Positions 30,669 through 41,172 are shown, counted from the first letter of the stretch. The stretch is 64,000 nucleotides of DNA from Prosthecobacter debontii (GCA_945870855.1 CAMBTP010000011.1:3767-67766), one strand, 5' to 3'. Notes: a model not told the origin generated them from the sequence alone. Translations and numbers: made by a program.

Positions 30669-31739
30669 TCATACCCGCACTCGCAGATCACGCATACTCC
30701 ACAGCGTCCCCGCCGCAGGAGCCCCGCTGCCCCGCATCCTCCGCGCTCCATCCTTTCTCTTCTCCGTAAACCTCTCCCGCGCCCCAGCGAAGGCCTCGTT
30801 CACGAACTCCTTGCTACCGATCACCGCACCATCTGTGAAATACCTCACCCGCATCCGAAGCATTTTCGCCATCCCAAGATCCGGCAAGTAGGAGCGATCT
30901 TCGGTCGCCCCCTCCAGATACTCCGCCTCATTCTGCGAAGCATAATCCAGAAGCACCGCTCCTGCGCGTCCGCTTTTTCTAACAAGTGCAAGCCCCATCG
31001 CCCTACGATAGATCCGTGAAACTTCTTCCCACGATTCGATTTGGATCTGCTCTCTGGTTTCTGGATTCCGAACCGTCAGGATCAGTCCCAATCTCGCTTT
31101 CTTGCCGTTCCCCTTGGCACCGCCACCCACCGCCTCGCCATATCCGCTCCAACGGTAATCTGCCGGATCGGATACCATCCCCGCCCGCACCGGATTCAAA
31201 TCAATGTAGGCCGCCATAGTCCGTGCCGCCGCGCCGCTTTGCACGATGACACTCTTGTATCGCTCCTCCCATAAGGTTCCTCGGCGCTTGTGCTCCCGGT
31301 TGAACCAGCGCGTGAACCTTTGCAAAAGCGTCTTCATGAACTCGCTCAGATCGTGCATCCGGTAAGTGAAACGCGCATGTATCTCCGCCACCATCGCCTC
31401 ATCCTCCTCAATGCGCGCGCTCTCAAGCTCCTTTACCACCCCGTCCACATAAGCATCAGAATACAAAGCTCGCAGCCGTTTCAGAAGCAGCTCATCGGAA
31501 ACTCCACCCTCCGGAACAGGCGGAACCTCCAGCAGCAGATGGAAATGGTTCGACATCACGCAATACGTAAGCACCCGGCAGCCCGTGAAATTCTCCTGCA
31601 TCCGCATGAATATCCGGAACTTCTCCCGCTCCTCATCCCCAAACACAAAACGCCGATCCACCACCCGCGAAATACAATGGTAAATCGCCGGCTTCCCCTG
31701 CTTGTTCGCCCATTCCGCCAACCATCTCGCTCTACGCAT
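30669..31739 (-). mobile_element. REP-associated tyrosine transposase (RAYT; IS200/IS605 Y1 HUH family)
   Basis: YHCISRVVDRRFVF, HUH motif YCVMSNHFHLL, FTRWFNR...GTLWEERYKS, catalytic-Tyr helix AAYIDLNPVRAGMV. No TnpB nearby. Start placed at 31739 (MRRARW). Confidence 0.88.
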
Positions 31740-31780
31740 GCGGCCATCTTGCCCTCCCCGATGAACATCACAAGACAATT

Positions 31781-31900
31781 CACACATTTTGTCTGTCCCT
31801 TTGTGTGAATGCAGGCTTTGTCCCACGCGTAGACTACACATTTTGTCTACACATTTTGTCTGTCCCTTTGCGTGGTCCCTTTGCGTGATCCCTTTGCGTG
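31781..31900. repeat. Mosaic of 13-bp tandem repeats upstream of the RAYT
   Basis: (t)acacattttgtc three times (31782-, 31835-, 31848-) and (g/a)tccctttgcgtg three times in tandem (31862-31900), plus a variant tccctttgtgtg near 31796. Confidence 0.85.
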
Positions 31901-32012
31901 AGTTGGAAAAAATGGCCGGTGGCGATGGTCTTCCCGCCGTCATCCCCGCGCTTGGGATCGTGGGTGGTGGCGTGCTTGAACGGCTTGAAACCCCAGCCAG
32001 AGATACGGCCGA

Positions 32013-32032
32013 TGTCCTCGCTTTGAGGACTA
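32013..32032 (+). promoter_or_regulatory. Dyad operator-like motif, copy 5 (tgtcctcgctttgaggacta)
   Basis: Perfect GTCCTC-N5-GAGGAC arms, about 78 nt upstream of the large sulfatase ATG. Confidence 0.75.
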
Positions 32033-32109
32033 TGAGGAATCTCCGTGAAATTTACCCTATAAAAAAGAAGCGATTGCGTCATCAAACCCATTTTTTCCAA
32101 ACCCGCTCC

Positions 32110-35100
32110 ATGAACATCAAATCCCTTCTTTTCATCTGCGTCTTACCCGCTCTGGCCGCAAAGGCGGATGTCAGCACGAGCTTTGCCAACACTGGCCCTG
32201 TGACCACCGGGACTTTTCTCACGGCAGCGATCAACGATACCATCACCCTCGCCTACACCATCGACGGAGCCGGGGCGGTTTCACTAAATGCCTCCACCAC
32301 CAACGCCAACGCCACCTTCATCAATCTGGTCAACCAGTTCGACCGGCTAAGCGGCATGGCGGGCACCACGACCAACAGTGATCTCTTTAACACCTCGTTT
32401 AGCCTCAAAATCGTGCCGGTGAGATCGTCGAGCCCGAACCTGAGTATCACCACTCTCAATGGCGGCGGCCTCGGCGTGCAGGGACAGGATTCGAACCGCT
32501 TGGACGGGCGGACGCTGCCAACAAGTGCCCCAGAGACACTTAAATTCGAACTGACCGCGCCGGCAGGGATGATTCTGCAGTTTAAATCTTGGTCATGGGT
32601 GAGCGGTTTCGGAGCAGACATGCGCTTTTCCGACGGTACGAACCTTCAGGATTTTGCCAACTTGGCGGCGTCGGGTAGCACCGCATTCAGCCTCGTGACC
32701 AATGTGCTCAGCCTGGGCAACGGTGACACTCTCTCCTTTGGCGAAACCCCGGATTCCACCAGCGGAGCGGGCCTCGGTGGGTTCACCTTCGACATCCTTA
32801 GTCCCCCGCTGACTGCCAACGACGCGGTCGTGAGCTTCGCAAACAGCGGGATCGGTTTCGGGCCGACTCCTCCCTACATTCTCTCGGGCAGCAACACTGC
32901 GCCAATTACCCTGACCTTTTCCATCAATGGCTCCGGTGTAATTTCTCTCAACGCTTCCACTACCAGCAGCGTCACCACTTTTATCAACATGGTAAACGAG
33001 TGGGATAGCAGCAATGTCGGATCAGTGGAGAATCCCTCATGGCTAAATACATCCTTCACCCTCACCGGCATCGGATCAGGTGGAGCAAACCTCGCCATCA
33101 CCGAGCTTGGCGGCGGCGGCATCGGCATTCAGGGCGAAAATACGAACCGCGTCGATGGTCTGAACTACGGCACGGGTGGCGCGACATCCACCCCGGAAAT
33201 CCTGACTTGGACACTCAGCGGTGCGCCTGCCGGTATGGCGCTCACCTTTAAAAACTGGTCCTATATCGAGGGCAACGGCTCAGACATCCGAATCTCAAAT
33301 GGAACGACGAATGCCGACTTTGCCAACATGTCTGGTGCGATGGGAACGCTGAGCCTCCCTGCTGACTTTCCGCTCAACAATGGCGAATCCCTCACCTTCA
33401 AAGAAATTCCCGGAATGGGGCTAACAGACGGCGCGGGCATTGCCGGCTTTAGCTTCGCGGTGGTTGCGCCTTCAGCGCCCGCAGGATTTGACAACGGCGC
33501 GGGCAATAACCTGTGGACCAACGCCACCAACTGGAGCCCCAATGGCATACCCGCCGCCCCCACAGATGCGATCATCAATAGCTACGACGTGATCCTCAGC
33601 AGCGCAGCATCCACCAGCCCGGACGAACTCCTGATCACCAACGGATCGCTCACCGTGACCGGCACAGGAGCACTATCGATGCGCGCCATGACCCTTGGCC
33701 GCGACCTCACTAAAACAGTCCGCCTCGTGATCAATGGCTCGAGCGTATCCCTCGGCTACAACGGATCATCCGCCGCCGACGAGTTCGCGGTGGGTTCTGC
33801 CGCGACTGTGGAAACCAAGCCAGATTCGGGCGGCAGCGAGCCGCTCGAACTAGGCACCGCCAAGCTGGTCCTCGATCTCGGCGCGCAGTGGCTTCTCGAT
33901 GGTGCTAATTTCACCGGCCCCTACAACATCGGCGACCGTTTCGTGCTGGCAAACTTCGGATCACTCTCCGGCAGCACGGCGGCCATGCGCACCCGAAATT
34001 TCGACCTGCCTTCCACCCGTCGGCTCGAATTGGTCGCCACCGCCACATCCATCTACTACGAGGTGAAGGCTCAGACCGCAGCCAGCGGTCCGAATATTAT
34101 CATCATCAATACCGACGACCAGGCCGCCGACCAGCACTACGGCTTTGATGGCAGGAATTGCATTACACCGACGCTGGACTTACTCGTTTCCACCGGTCTG
34201 AAATTCAACTTGGCATTCTGCGCCGCGTCCGTATGTGGCGCCTCACGCTATTCGCTTCTCACCAGTCGTTGGCCCTCGCGCAATACCAGCGACACCTTCA
34301 TCGCTCGCTACCCGCTTGGAACACTCGGCCGCTTCGGCGTGTCGGACACCGAGCTAGAGCATGACGGCCAAAACATCGGCGCATGGCTGCAGCAGGCAGG
34401 CTACCGCACCGGTTTTGTCGGGAAATCCCACGTGCTCGATGACGAGTTGAACTTTACCACCAATTGGGCATCCAAGGGACTCATCACCTACGGCCAGACG
34501 GACGATCCGGCCACCAATGCCACGGTCAACGCGGCCATGCAGCACAACCACCGCATCGTCTGCCAAAACATGCGCACGCTTGGATACGATTATGTCGACG
34601 GCTTCTACCACGCCAACCTCAAGGAACTCTACAATGATAAGCTGAACGTCCACAACCAGGAGTGGATCACCAGCCGCGCCCTGAAATTCATCGAGGAAAA
34701 CCGCAATGAGCGATTCTTCCTCTACATGGCACCCACCATCAACCACGGGCCGGTTAACAATACGCTCACCACCGACCTAAACTCAGATTCACGCTACACC
34801 AGCGCCGGATTTCTGCCCAACGAGGACTACTCGTTCATGCCCACGCGCTCATCGATCATCAATCAGGTGAATGCCGCCAACAAGCCCCTGATCTCCGCCC
34901 GCGAGACATGGCTCGACTACTCGGTCCAGGCCATCCTCAACAAGCTCACCGCCTACGGCATCCGCAACGACACGCTGATCATCTTCACCTCCGACCACGG
35001 TGAGAAGAATTCGCCCAACAGCATCACCTCAAGCACGATTTGGGGCAAAACCTCGCTCTACGATCTGGGACTGAAGGTGCCGCTGGTGATGAATTGGCCC

Positions 35101-36342
35101 AATGGCATCACTTCTCCCGGTCGCGCCTATAATGAATTGGTCAGTCATGTGGATATCGGGTCAACACTGCTCGCGCTCGCCGGAGTCTCCAACCTACCGA
35201 CCCGTCCGGTGGATGGCGTTAGCCTAGTGCCGGTTTTCAACGGCAGCAGCGCGGCGGTGCGGAGCGAGGTCTTCGGCGAGATGGGCTACGCCCGCGGCGT
35301 GCGCACCAAGACCCGCAAATACATCGCGGTTCGCTACACCCCATCGATTTACTCCCAAATCGCGAGTGGTTACCGATGGCCGGAATACAATGAAAGTTCG
35401 CAACTAACAGGCGGGACGATCCCACGACCCTATTACATCAACAACAGCGGTCTCGGAGCGGGTGTCGCTACAACCAACCCGACCTATTTCGACGACGACC
35501 AGCTCTACAACTTGACCACCGATCCGAACGAAAATACCAACATCTACGGTCAAGAGCCCGCCACAGCTTACGAGCTCAAGAAAATCCTCGCCAGCTACAT
35601 CGGCGGAATTCCCAACCGCCCGTTCAGACAGTTCGGTGATTCCTCTGCGGAGTTCTCTCCCGCACCTTCCGCCGCGCCGACTGCCCCCGGCTCGGTGCAG
35701 ATGACCTTTAATAATCTCAATCAGGTGATGCTCAACTGGTCCGATTCCGCCAACAGCGAACTCGGATATGTGATCCGCAAGACCGTCAACAGCGGCACGC
35801 CCGTGGTTGTTGGTGAATATCCTCCCGGGACCACCACCGCCACCGTGAACCTTGATAACGGCGTCTCAGACATTCTGCTCCAGGTGGCAAGCTACAACAC
35901 GCAGGGCGACACCGCGGTCACTCAGGACTTACTTGCCCCCGAACCATGGCGCTACCGCACCTTCGGCGGCAGCGATCCCAACCTCACAGGGCCCGCCAGC
36001 CAGTGGAACAACGATGCCGATAGCGATGGCGTCTCCACCCTGTGGGAATACGCCGCCGGCACCGACCCGCTTTCGACCACATCGGTTGCCAAACCCGCGA
36101 TGCGGATGACGACCGACATGGGCCATCGCTTCTTGGAATACGTCTTGCCGCGCAGCAGCCGCCGTGGTGTGCAATTCCGCGGCTCGGTTAGCACGAACTT
36201 AACAACCTGGCAGAGCGGATCGCCGCATTGCACCGTCGTCGAGGAAGCGGCCAACCAAATGATCTTCCGCAGTGCGGCACCTGTCAGCGGAACTCCCCAC
36301 CAGTTTATCCGTGTCGAAATGATCGATCCGTCCGGGCAGTGA
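32110..36342 (+). CDS. Large secreted multidomain sulfatase (two tandem beta-rich repeats, beta-helix-like segment, sulfatase, FN3-like, C-terminal D-rich domain)
   Basis: Signal MNIKSLLFICVLPALAAKA. Sulfatase motifs PNIIIINTDD, CGASR, GKSH, FTSDHG, KVPL. FN3-like LNWSDSANSELGYVI. C-terminal DADSDGVSTLWEYAAGTDP...FIRVE. Start placed at 32110. Confidence 0.9.
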   Translation: MNIKSLLFICVLPALAAKADVSTSFANTGPVTTGTFLTAAINDTITLAYTIDGAGAVSLNASTTNANATFINLVNQFDRLSGMAGTTTNSDLFNTSFSLKIVPVRSSSPNLSITTLNGGGLGVQGQDSNRLDGRTLPTSAPETLKFELTAPAGMILQFKSWSWVSGFGADMRFSDGTNLQDFANLAASGSTAFSLVTNVLSLGNGDTLSFGETPDSTSGAGLGGFTFDILSPPLTANDAVVSFANSGIGFGPTPPYILSGSNTAPITLTFSINGSGVISLNASTTSSVTTFINMVNEWDSSNVGSVENPSWLNTSFTLTGIGSGGANLAITELGGGGIGIQGENTNRVDGLNYGTGGATSTPEILTWTLSGAPAGMALTFKNWSYIEGNGSDIRISNGTTNADFANMSGAMGTLSLPADFPLNNGESLTFKEIPGMGLTDGAGIAGFSFAVVAPSAPAGFDNGAGNNLWTNATNWSPNGIPAAPTDAIINSYDVILSSAASTSPDELLITNGSLTVTGTGALSMRAMTLGRDLTKTVRLVINGSSVSLGYNGSSAADEFAVGSAATVETKPDSGGSEPLELGTAKLVLDLGAQWLLDGANFTGPYNIGDRFVLANFGSLSGSTAAMRTRNFDLPSTRRLELVATATSIYYEVKAQTAASGPNIIIINTDDQAADQHYGFDGRNCITPTLDLLVSTGLKFNLAFCAASVCGASRYSLLTSRWPSRNTSDTFIARYPLGTLGRFGVSDTELEHDGQNIGAWLQQAGYRTGFVGKSHVLDDELNFTTNWASKGLITYGQTDDPATNATVNAAMQHNHRIVCQNMRTLGYDYVDGFYHANLKELYNDKLNVHNQEWITSRALKFIEENRNERFFLYMAPTINHGPVNNTLTTDLNSDSRYTSAGFLPNEDYSFMPTRSSIINQVNAANKPLISARETWLDYSVQAILNKLTAYGIRNDTLIIFTSDHGEKNSPNSITSSTIWGKTSLYDLGLKVPLVMNWPNGITSPGRAYNELVSHVDIGSTLLALAGVSNLPTRPVDGVSLVPVFNGSSAAVRSEVFGEMGYARGVRTKTRKYIAVRYTPSIYSQIASGYRWPEYNESSQLTGGTIPRPYYINNSGLGAGVATTNPTYFDDDQLYNLTTDPNENTNIYGQEPATAYELKKILASYIGGIPNRPFRQFGDSSAEFSPAPSAAPTAPGSVQMTFNNLNQVMLNWSDSANSELGYVIRKTVNSGTPVVVGEYPPGTTTATVNLDNGVSDILLQVASYNTQGDTAVTQDLLAPEPWRYRTFGGSDPNLTGPASQWNNDADSDGVSTLWEYAAGTDPLSTTSVAKPAMRMTTDMGHRFLEYVLPRSSRRGVQFRGSVSTNLTTWQSGSPHCTVVEEAANQMIFRSAAPVSGTPHQFIRVEMIDPSGQ

Positions 36343-36429
36343 GAAAACCCTTCAATTCATTCCGCCGAGCGAACGGATTTCCCAACAGGGCGTTTGAATG
36401 ATGTCCCTTTGAATCATTTTCGCTGGCTG

Positions 36430-37017
36430 CTAGTGATTAGAAGATTTCGTAGCAGTGGCCCCCAGCATGACTCGGTCCGTGTAGGCGATGCCCAGCGCGG
36501 AAAGGATAAACACGCAGTGGATGATGGTCTGCCACATCACTCCCTCCGCAGTGATCGGTGGACTGGTCGTTGCGGCTAGCCCGGTGGCCTGCTCCAATCC
36601 AATGCTACCTGCTGCGATGAAGGTTTTGAGCAAATGTATCGAGCTGATTCCGATGATCGCCATCGCCAGTTTCACCTTCAATACAGAGGCGTTCACATGG
36701 CTCAGCCACTCGGGCTGGTCTGGGTGGTTTTGCAGGCGCAAACGGGATACGAATGTTTCATAGCCGCCAACGATGACCATCATCAGCAGGTTTGAAATCA
36801 TCACTACATCGATCAACCCGAGTACAATCAGCATCATCTGCTGCTCTGTGAGACTGGTGGCCGCAGAGATCAGATGCCAGAGTTCCTTGATGAAAAGCAC
36901 CACGTAAACACCCTGCGCGACGATAAGGCCAAGATAGAGCGGCAGCTGCAGCCAGCGTGAACTGAAAATCAATGCGGACAGCGGGCTGAGGCGAGTAGGT
37001 GTTGGTTCTTCAGTCAT
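36430..37017 (-). CDS. yqhA: UPF0114/TIGR00645-family inner membrane protein (YqhA-like)
   Basis: [58 protein letters not shown]. Confidence 0.9.
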   Translation of the reverse strand: MTEEPTPTRLSPLSALIFSSRWLQLPLYLGLIVAQGVYVVLFIKELWHLISAATSLTEQQMMLIVLGLIDVVMISNLLMMVIVGGYETFVSRLRLQNHPDQPEWLSHVNASVLKVKLAMAIIGISSIHLLKTFIAAGSIGLEQATGLAATTSPPITAEGVMWQTIIHCVFILSALGIAYTDRVMLGATATKSSNH

Positions 37018-37139
37018 TGCAATGATGTATCGATTATGGCTAATGCGGCAATTGGCAAGAGCATAGTCGAAAAATCATTGATGTTTCCCGAACGGAAAGC
37101 GATCAGGATTTCATATCGTCATTGGCGGGTAAGCTCGGT

Positions 37140-40100
37140 TCAGTTCGACAGGACCTTGAGGCGTAGGAAATTCTTCGCCGGGGTGCCTGGGGTGAGGGTG
37201 AACGAGATGGTGGTCGCGTCGTTGACATAGGATCCGCCGGTGACCTCGATCCATGGATCGGTGGTGCCGAGGTCGGTGGATTTCTGGATCGCGTAGGTGA
37301 GCCCGTTGGTGCCTGTCCGTTTGGTGTAGCTGAGGACGTTGGTGGCGAAGGTGCCCACCGCTGCGTTTGCCACTGTCGGGTCTTGGCCGGCGATGGCGTA
37401 TTCCAACAAGTTGCTGATGCCGTCGTTGTCAGGGTCGTCATTGGCACCTTGTTCAAGGGCTGGCACTGTGCCATTGGCGAAGGTGCCGGTGATCCACGAG
37501 GAGTAGCCAGCAGGGCCGGAACTTACGGTCAGGGTGCCGTCGCCAGTGATCTGGGAGATACCGATGACAGGTAAAGCCGAACCGACTTTTCCATACACGC
37601 CGTTCGCTTGTTGGGTGCTACCGATGTAGAGCTCGTCCACGGTGTCGGTGCCGACGTAGGTGAGGTTCAGCGTTGCTCCGCTCGCGGCGAGGGTGACGGT
37701 GGAAACGTCGTTGCCGGTGTTGGAATTGTTCGAGATCCGCACGATGCCTGCATTGACCGTGAGGTTACCGGCGTAGGTGTTCGCGCCGCTGAGATCCAGA
37801 CGAGAGGTCGCACTGTTTTGGGTGATGCCGGTGACGTTCGATCCGATCGAGGCACTGATGAGGGTGTCACCCGTTGCGGACCCTTGCACGGTGATGCTGC
37901 CGGTGTGGTTGACAGCGGTGGTGGTGAGCTCGATTGCGTTTGCGGCAAGACCCAGATTGTCGAGCAGCAGGTTACCAGTGCCGGTGATACCACCAGTGAA
38001 GTAAGATCTGGCGGTGGTCGCCCCGCTGATGACGTTGTTGTAAGACTGTAAGGTCAGGTTGCCATTTAAGGTGATTCCCCCCGACATGAAAAAGCCGGAG
38101 CCGCTGCCGTTTGCACCGATCGTCAACGTGCCACTGTCAGGAGCATTGATGACGAATGGATTCGAGTTATCCTGTCCAGTGATGTAGGTAGCCCCCGTCG
38201 AACCGACGCCGCCCATGATGACCGTGTTCGCGCCCAGCGTGGTCTTGGTGGTCCTGCTTTCCAGTGTACCATTTTTGATGGTGACTCCTCCTACGAACGT
38301 GTTCGCACCGCTAAGAGCCAGCGTGCCTGCTCCGGTTTTGACTAGACTACCGCCGCTGCCGCTTAGGATTCCCGACAAGGTGGCGATGCCCGGGGCTCCG
38401 ACACCACCGCCGACTTGGACGGTCAGCGCGCCAGTTAAAGCGGTGGGGGTGGAAAGGGAGAACGCCGCCGTGGCCACATCGTCATTGTTGAAAATGACGG
38501 TACCAGGGATTGGCAGGGTGACATTGCTGACGGTCGCCGCCTGGCGCACCGACAGGTTCGAGCCTGAGGCGAGCGTGATGCTTTGAGCGAAGGTGGGAGT
38601 GCCGCTGGCGTTCAAGACTAAGGAGGCTCCGTTGCTGACCGTCACCGCAGTATTGGGAGACAACGCGGCGCTGCCATTGATAAACAGGCGGTTTTGGCTG
38701 ATGGTCGTGCCTCCGCTGTAGGTGTTAGTTCCGCTCAGGATGACGTCCGTGTCACCAGTCTTGGTCAAGGCCAGCGTGCCGCCGGTGTTCTTGATATTGC
38801 CAGTGGAAGTGCCGCCAACGATGGCTCCCAAGGTCAAGGTGGAGGTGGTGGAAGCCGCGGTGTTATCCACCGAGCCCGTGCCGCTAAACCCATTGAGCGT
38901 TTCCGAATTGCCGTTGAGGTCGAGGGTGCCACTGATACTGAGAGTGCCCGCGCCGACGCCATCCGGCAGCACGTTGGAAGTGCCGAGCTTAAGCGTGGCA
39001 GCAGACGTCACAGTGATCGGTGCAGTACCGGCAATCTTGTTGGTGCCTTGCAACGTGTAGACCCCGCTGATGAATAGGACCGACTGCGGTGTCACATCCG
39101 CTCCCGTGATGTCCACGGTTTTGTTCGTGGCGGAGCTATCGAAGACCACCTTGACGTCGTTCACGTAATCAACCGAATTGCCATCCAGAATCCAGTTTTT
39201 TGACGGGGTGATGATGGCCGTACTCCACTCGCTGCTTTGCGCGCCGGTCCAGTAGTAACCGTCCGCGACAACCACCAGTTGAATGGCGCTGCCGGTGTCG
39301 ATCAGGGAGTAGGATTTGCCTGCGGGCGTGGTGCCGAGGGTGTAAGCGCTGAAACCGCTGCCCCCCAGGGTTCCGCTGTAGGAAATGAGCGAGTAGGTGC
39401 CGTTAGCAGGTGCGCTGCCGGTGATGTTGATGGCGATGGAACCGGCCGCGCCGCTGTTGATCACGCCGCTGGAGGTGCTTACCGTCAGACCCGTGCCGCC
39501 GCTTGCGAGGTCAAAATTCAGCGTGCCGGTGCTAGTAAAAGTGAGAGTCTTCACCGTGCTTGGGGTGGTGGTCAGCGAGAGCGAGGCCCCGTCGGCGAGG
39601 GTGAGCGAACTGGAAGTGCTCACGGCATTGGCATTGCCGAGAACCAAGACACCTGCATTGACGGCGGTGGCACCCGTGAAGGTGTTGACTCCGGAAAGGG
39701 TTAGAGTGCCCGCCCCGGTCTTGGTGAGCGTGCCCGCACCGCTGTCATCGGAGAGAATACCGGAGAGGGTGATGTTTTTGGCGGCGGCGGCGCTGGTAGC
39801 TGCTTGGATTGTGGTGCCGGCGCCCAGGCTCATGTTGAGCGAGGACGACCAGGCGTCGGATGCACCAAGAGTGCCGCCTTGCAGCTTGATCGCGACTGGG
39901 AGTGTGGTGGCGTCGGTGCCGCGGGTGATCCCTTGGAGGCCAATGTAAAGGCTGCCGCCGCTGAGGGTCAAATTCGCCGCTGAGGTGGCGTTATAGGTGG
40001 TAGCACCCGTGGAACCTCCGAACTGGATGCCGTTGGCGGTCACCGTGCCGGCGGACTGGGTCATGGCGGCGGTGAAGCCCGAGTTCGCCCCGGCCTTGTA

Positions 40101-41042
40101 GAAGTAAATCTTGTTGGCGGTGCTGCCGGTGCCAACCGTGACCGTGCCACCCGTCACATTAAGCGTGCCGTTGGATGCGGTGGTATTTCCGATGCGAATC
40201 TCGCCGGAACGGCTGGCGGTGGTGCCGGCGTTCACGATGCCGGTCCCACTCACATTCAAGGAGGATATGAAGGCGCCGGTCCCGTTTCCGATGCCCAAGT
40301 GGGCGTTGTTGACGGTGGTCGTCGTGTTGTTGCCGCTCACACTCAGGGTGCCGGCGGAAAGGTTATAAGCGACGTTTTGGGTGGTGCTGTTGATGTTGTA
40401 ACCGATAGCGTTTCCTGGCGTGATATTAAAGGTGCCGCCAGTTTGATTTAGGGTTGCGGCTTGCATGGCACCGGTGTTGGCGGAGTATGTCCCTGCGGTC
40501 ATGTTGACCGCGCCAAGGCCTGAAAAGGTGTATTGGGAATTGGTCGCACCGCCGCCGAGGTTGAGCGTGGAGCCCGCGTTCACCGTGATGGCAGCGGCTG
40601 CATTGTTGGCGTACGCAATGGCGGAATTGATGGTGGCGGTCTTGCCAGCGGCGACGGTGATGGCACCGCTAAGGGCAGTCGTCGGCATGATGGCCAGCGT
40701 GCTGCCGGTGATTTGGTAGCCGCTGTTGTTGAAAGTGATGGATTCGGCGGCCATTTGCGCAGCGAGCGTGATGACATACTGATTAGGCGAGCCGTCTGTG
40801 CCGGCAAAAGTGGCGGTGTTGCTGCCGTCGGTGGCTGAGGTTTGGCTCCAAATCACATTCGAGGTGCCGTTGTTCCAGACCGTGTTTCCTGCGGTCGTGT
40901 TCCAGTTACCGCTGGCCGCGGTGATGGCGGCTCCGTCGCCTGATGTCGTATCCCAAGTGAGGGCGGCGGCGAAGGCCGAGGGCGCGGCGAGCAATAGCGA
41001 GATAGCGGCGACTAGGAATGGATTTTGATTCTTGGATTTCAT
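37140..41042 (-). CDS. Secreted autotransporter-associated beta-strand repeat protein with no beta-barrel
   Basis: Signal peptide. Repeated LTKTGAGTLTLSGxNTxxGxTxVxxGxL units. C-terminal DDPDNDGISNLLEYAIAGQDP...YAIQKSTDL...W...FLRLKV. Start placed at 41042. Confidence 0.92.
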   Translation of the reverse strand: MKSKNQNPFLVAAISLLLAAPSAFAAALTWDTTSGDGAAITAASGNWNTTAGNTVWNNGTSNVIWSQTSATDGSNTATFAGTDGSPNQYVITLAAQMAAESITFNNSGYQITGSTLAIMPTTALSGAITVAAGKTATINSAIAYANNAAAAITVNAGSTLNLGGGATNSQYTFSGLGAVNMTAGTYSANTGAMQAATLNQTGGTFNITPGNAIGYNINSTTQNVAYNLSAGTLSVSGNNTTTTVNNAHLGIGNGTGAFISSLNVSGTGIVNAGTTASRSGEIRIGNTTASNGTLNVTGGTVTVGTGSTANKIYFYKAGANSGFTAAMTQSAGTVTANGIQFGGSTGATTYNATSAANLTLSGGSLYIGLQGITRGTDATTLPVAIKLQGGTLGASDAWSSSLNMSLGAGTTIQAATSAAAAKNITLSGILSDDSGAGTLTKTGAGTLTLSGVNTFTGATAVNAGVLVLGNANAVSTSSSLTLADGASLSLTTTPSTVKTLTFTSTGTLNFDLASGGTGLTVSTSSGVINSGAAGSIAINITGSAPANGTYSLISYSGTLGGSGFSAYTLGTTPAGKSYSLIDTGSAIQLVVVADGYYWTGAQSSEWSTAIITPSKNWILDGNSVDYVNDVKVVFDSSATNKTVDITGADVTPQSVLFISGVYTLQGTNKIAGTAPITVTSAATLKLGTSNVLPDGVGAGTLSISGTLDLNGNSETLNGFSGTGSVDNTAASTTSTLTLGAIVGGTSTGNIKNTGGTLALTKTGDTDVILSGTNTYSGGTTISQNRLFINGSAALSPNTAVTVSNGASLVLNASGTPTFAQSITLASGSNLSVRQAATVSNVTLPIPGTVIFNNDDVATAAFSLSTPTALTGALTVQVGGGVGAPGIATLSGILSGSGGSLVKTGAGTLALSGANTFVGGVTIKNGTLESRTTKTTLGANTVIMGGVGSTGATYITGQDNSNPFVINAPDSGTLTIGANGSGSGFFMSGGITLNGNLTLQSYNNVISGATTARSYFTGGITGTGNLLLDNLGLAANAIELTTTAVNHTGSITVQGSATGDTLISASIGSNVTGITQNSATSRLDLSGANTYAGNLTVNAGIVRISNNSNTGNDVSTVTLAASGATLNLTYVGTDTVDELYIGSTQQANGVYGKVGSALPVIGISQITGDGTLTVSSGPAGYSSWITGTFANGTVPALEQGANDDPDNDGISNLLEYAIAGQDPTVANAAVGTFATNVLSYTKRTGTNGLTYAIQKSTDLGTTDPWIEVTGGSYVNDATTISFTLTPGTPAKNFLRLKVLSN

Positions 41043-41172
41043 GGGTGTTTTTTGTCTTGGGGTTTTTGATCTGAGGGTTTTTTTGGAGCAACCTTGAGCG
41101 ACTCGCATCTAGTCTTACGGCTGAATGCGTGTAATATCGTGTTGAGAATCGCATAGAATGCAGAAGGGATCA

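Noticed and set aside
31740-31943. N-terminal extension of the transposase (KGTDKMC repeats)
   Set aside because: It is the translation of the tandem repeats on the minus strand; the recognisable domain begins near 31739.
31789-32109. 107-aa N-terminal extension of the large sulfatase in the ORF track
   Set aside because: It runs through the 13-mer repeats and the operator motif; a clean signal peptide starts at 32110.
37140-41042. Classical type V autotransporter
   Set aside because: It has passenger-type repeats but no C-terminal beta-barrel or terminal aromatic residue signature.
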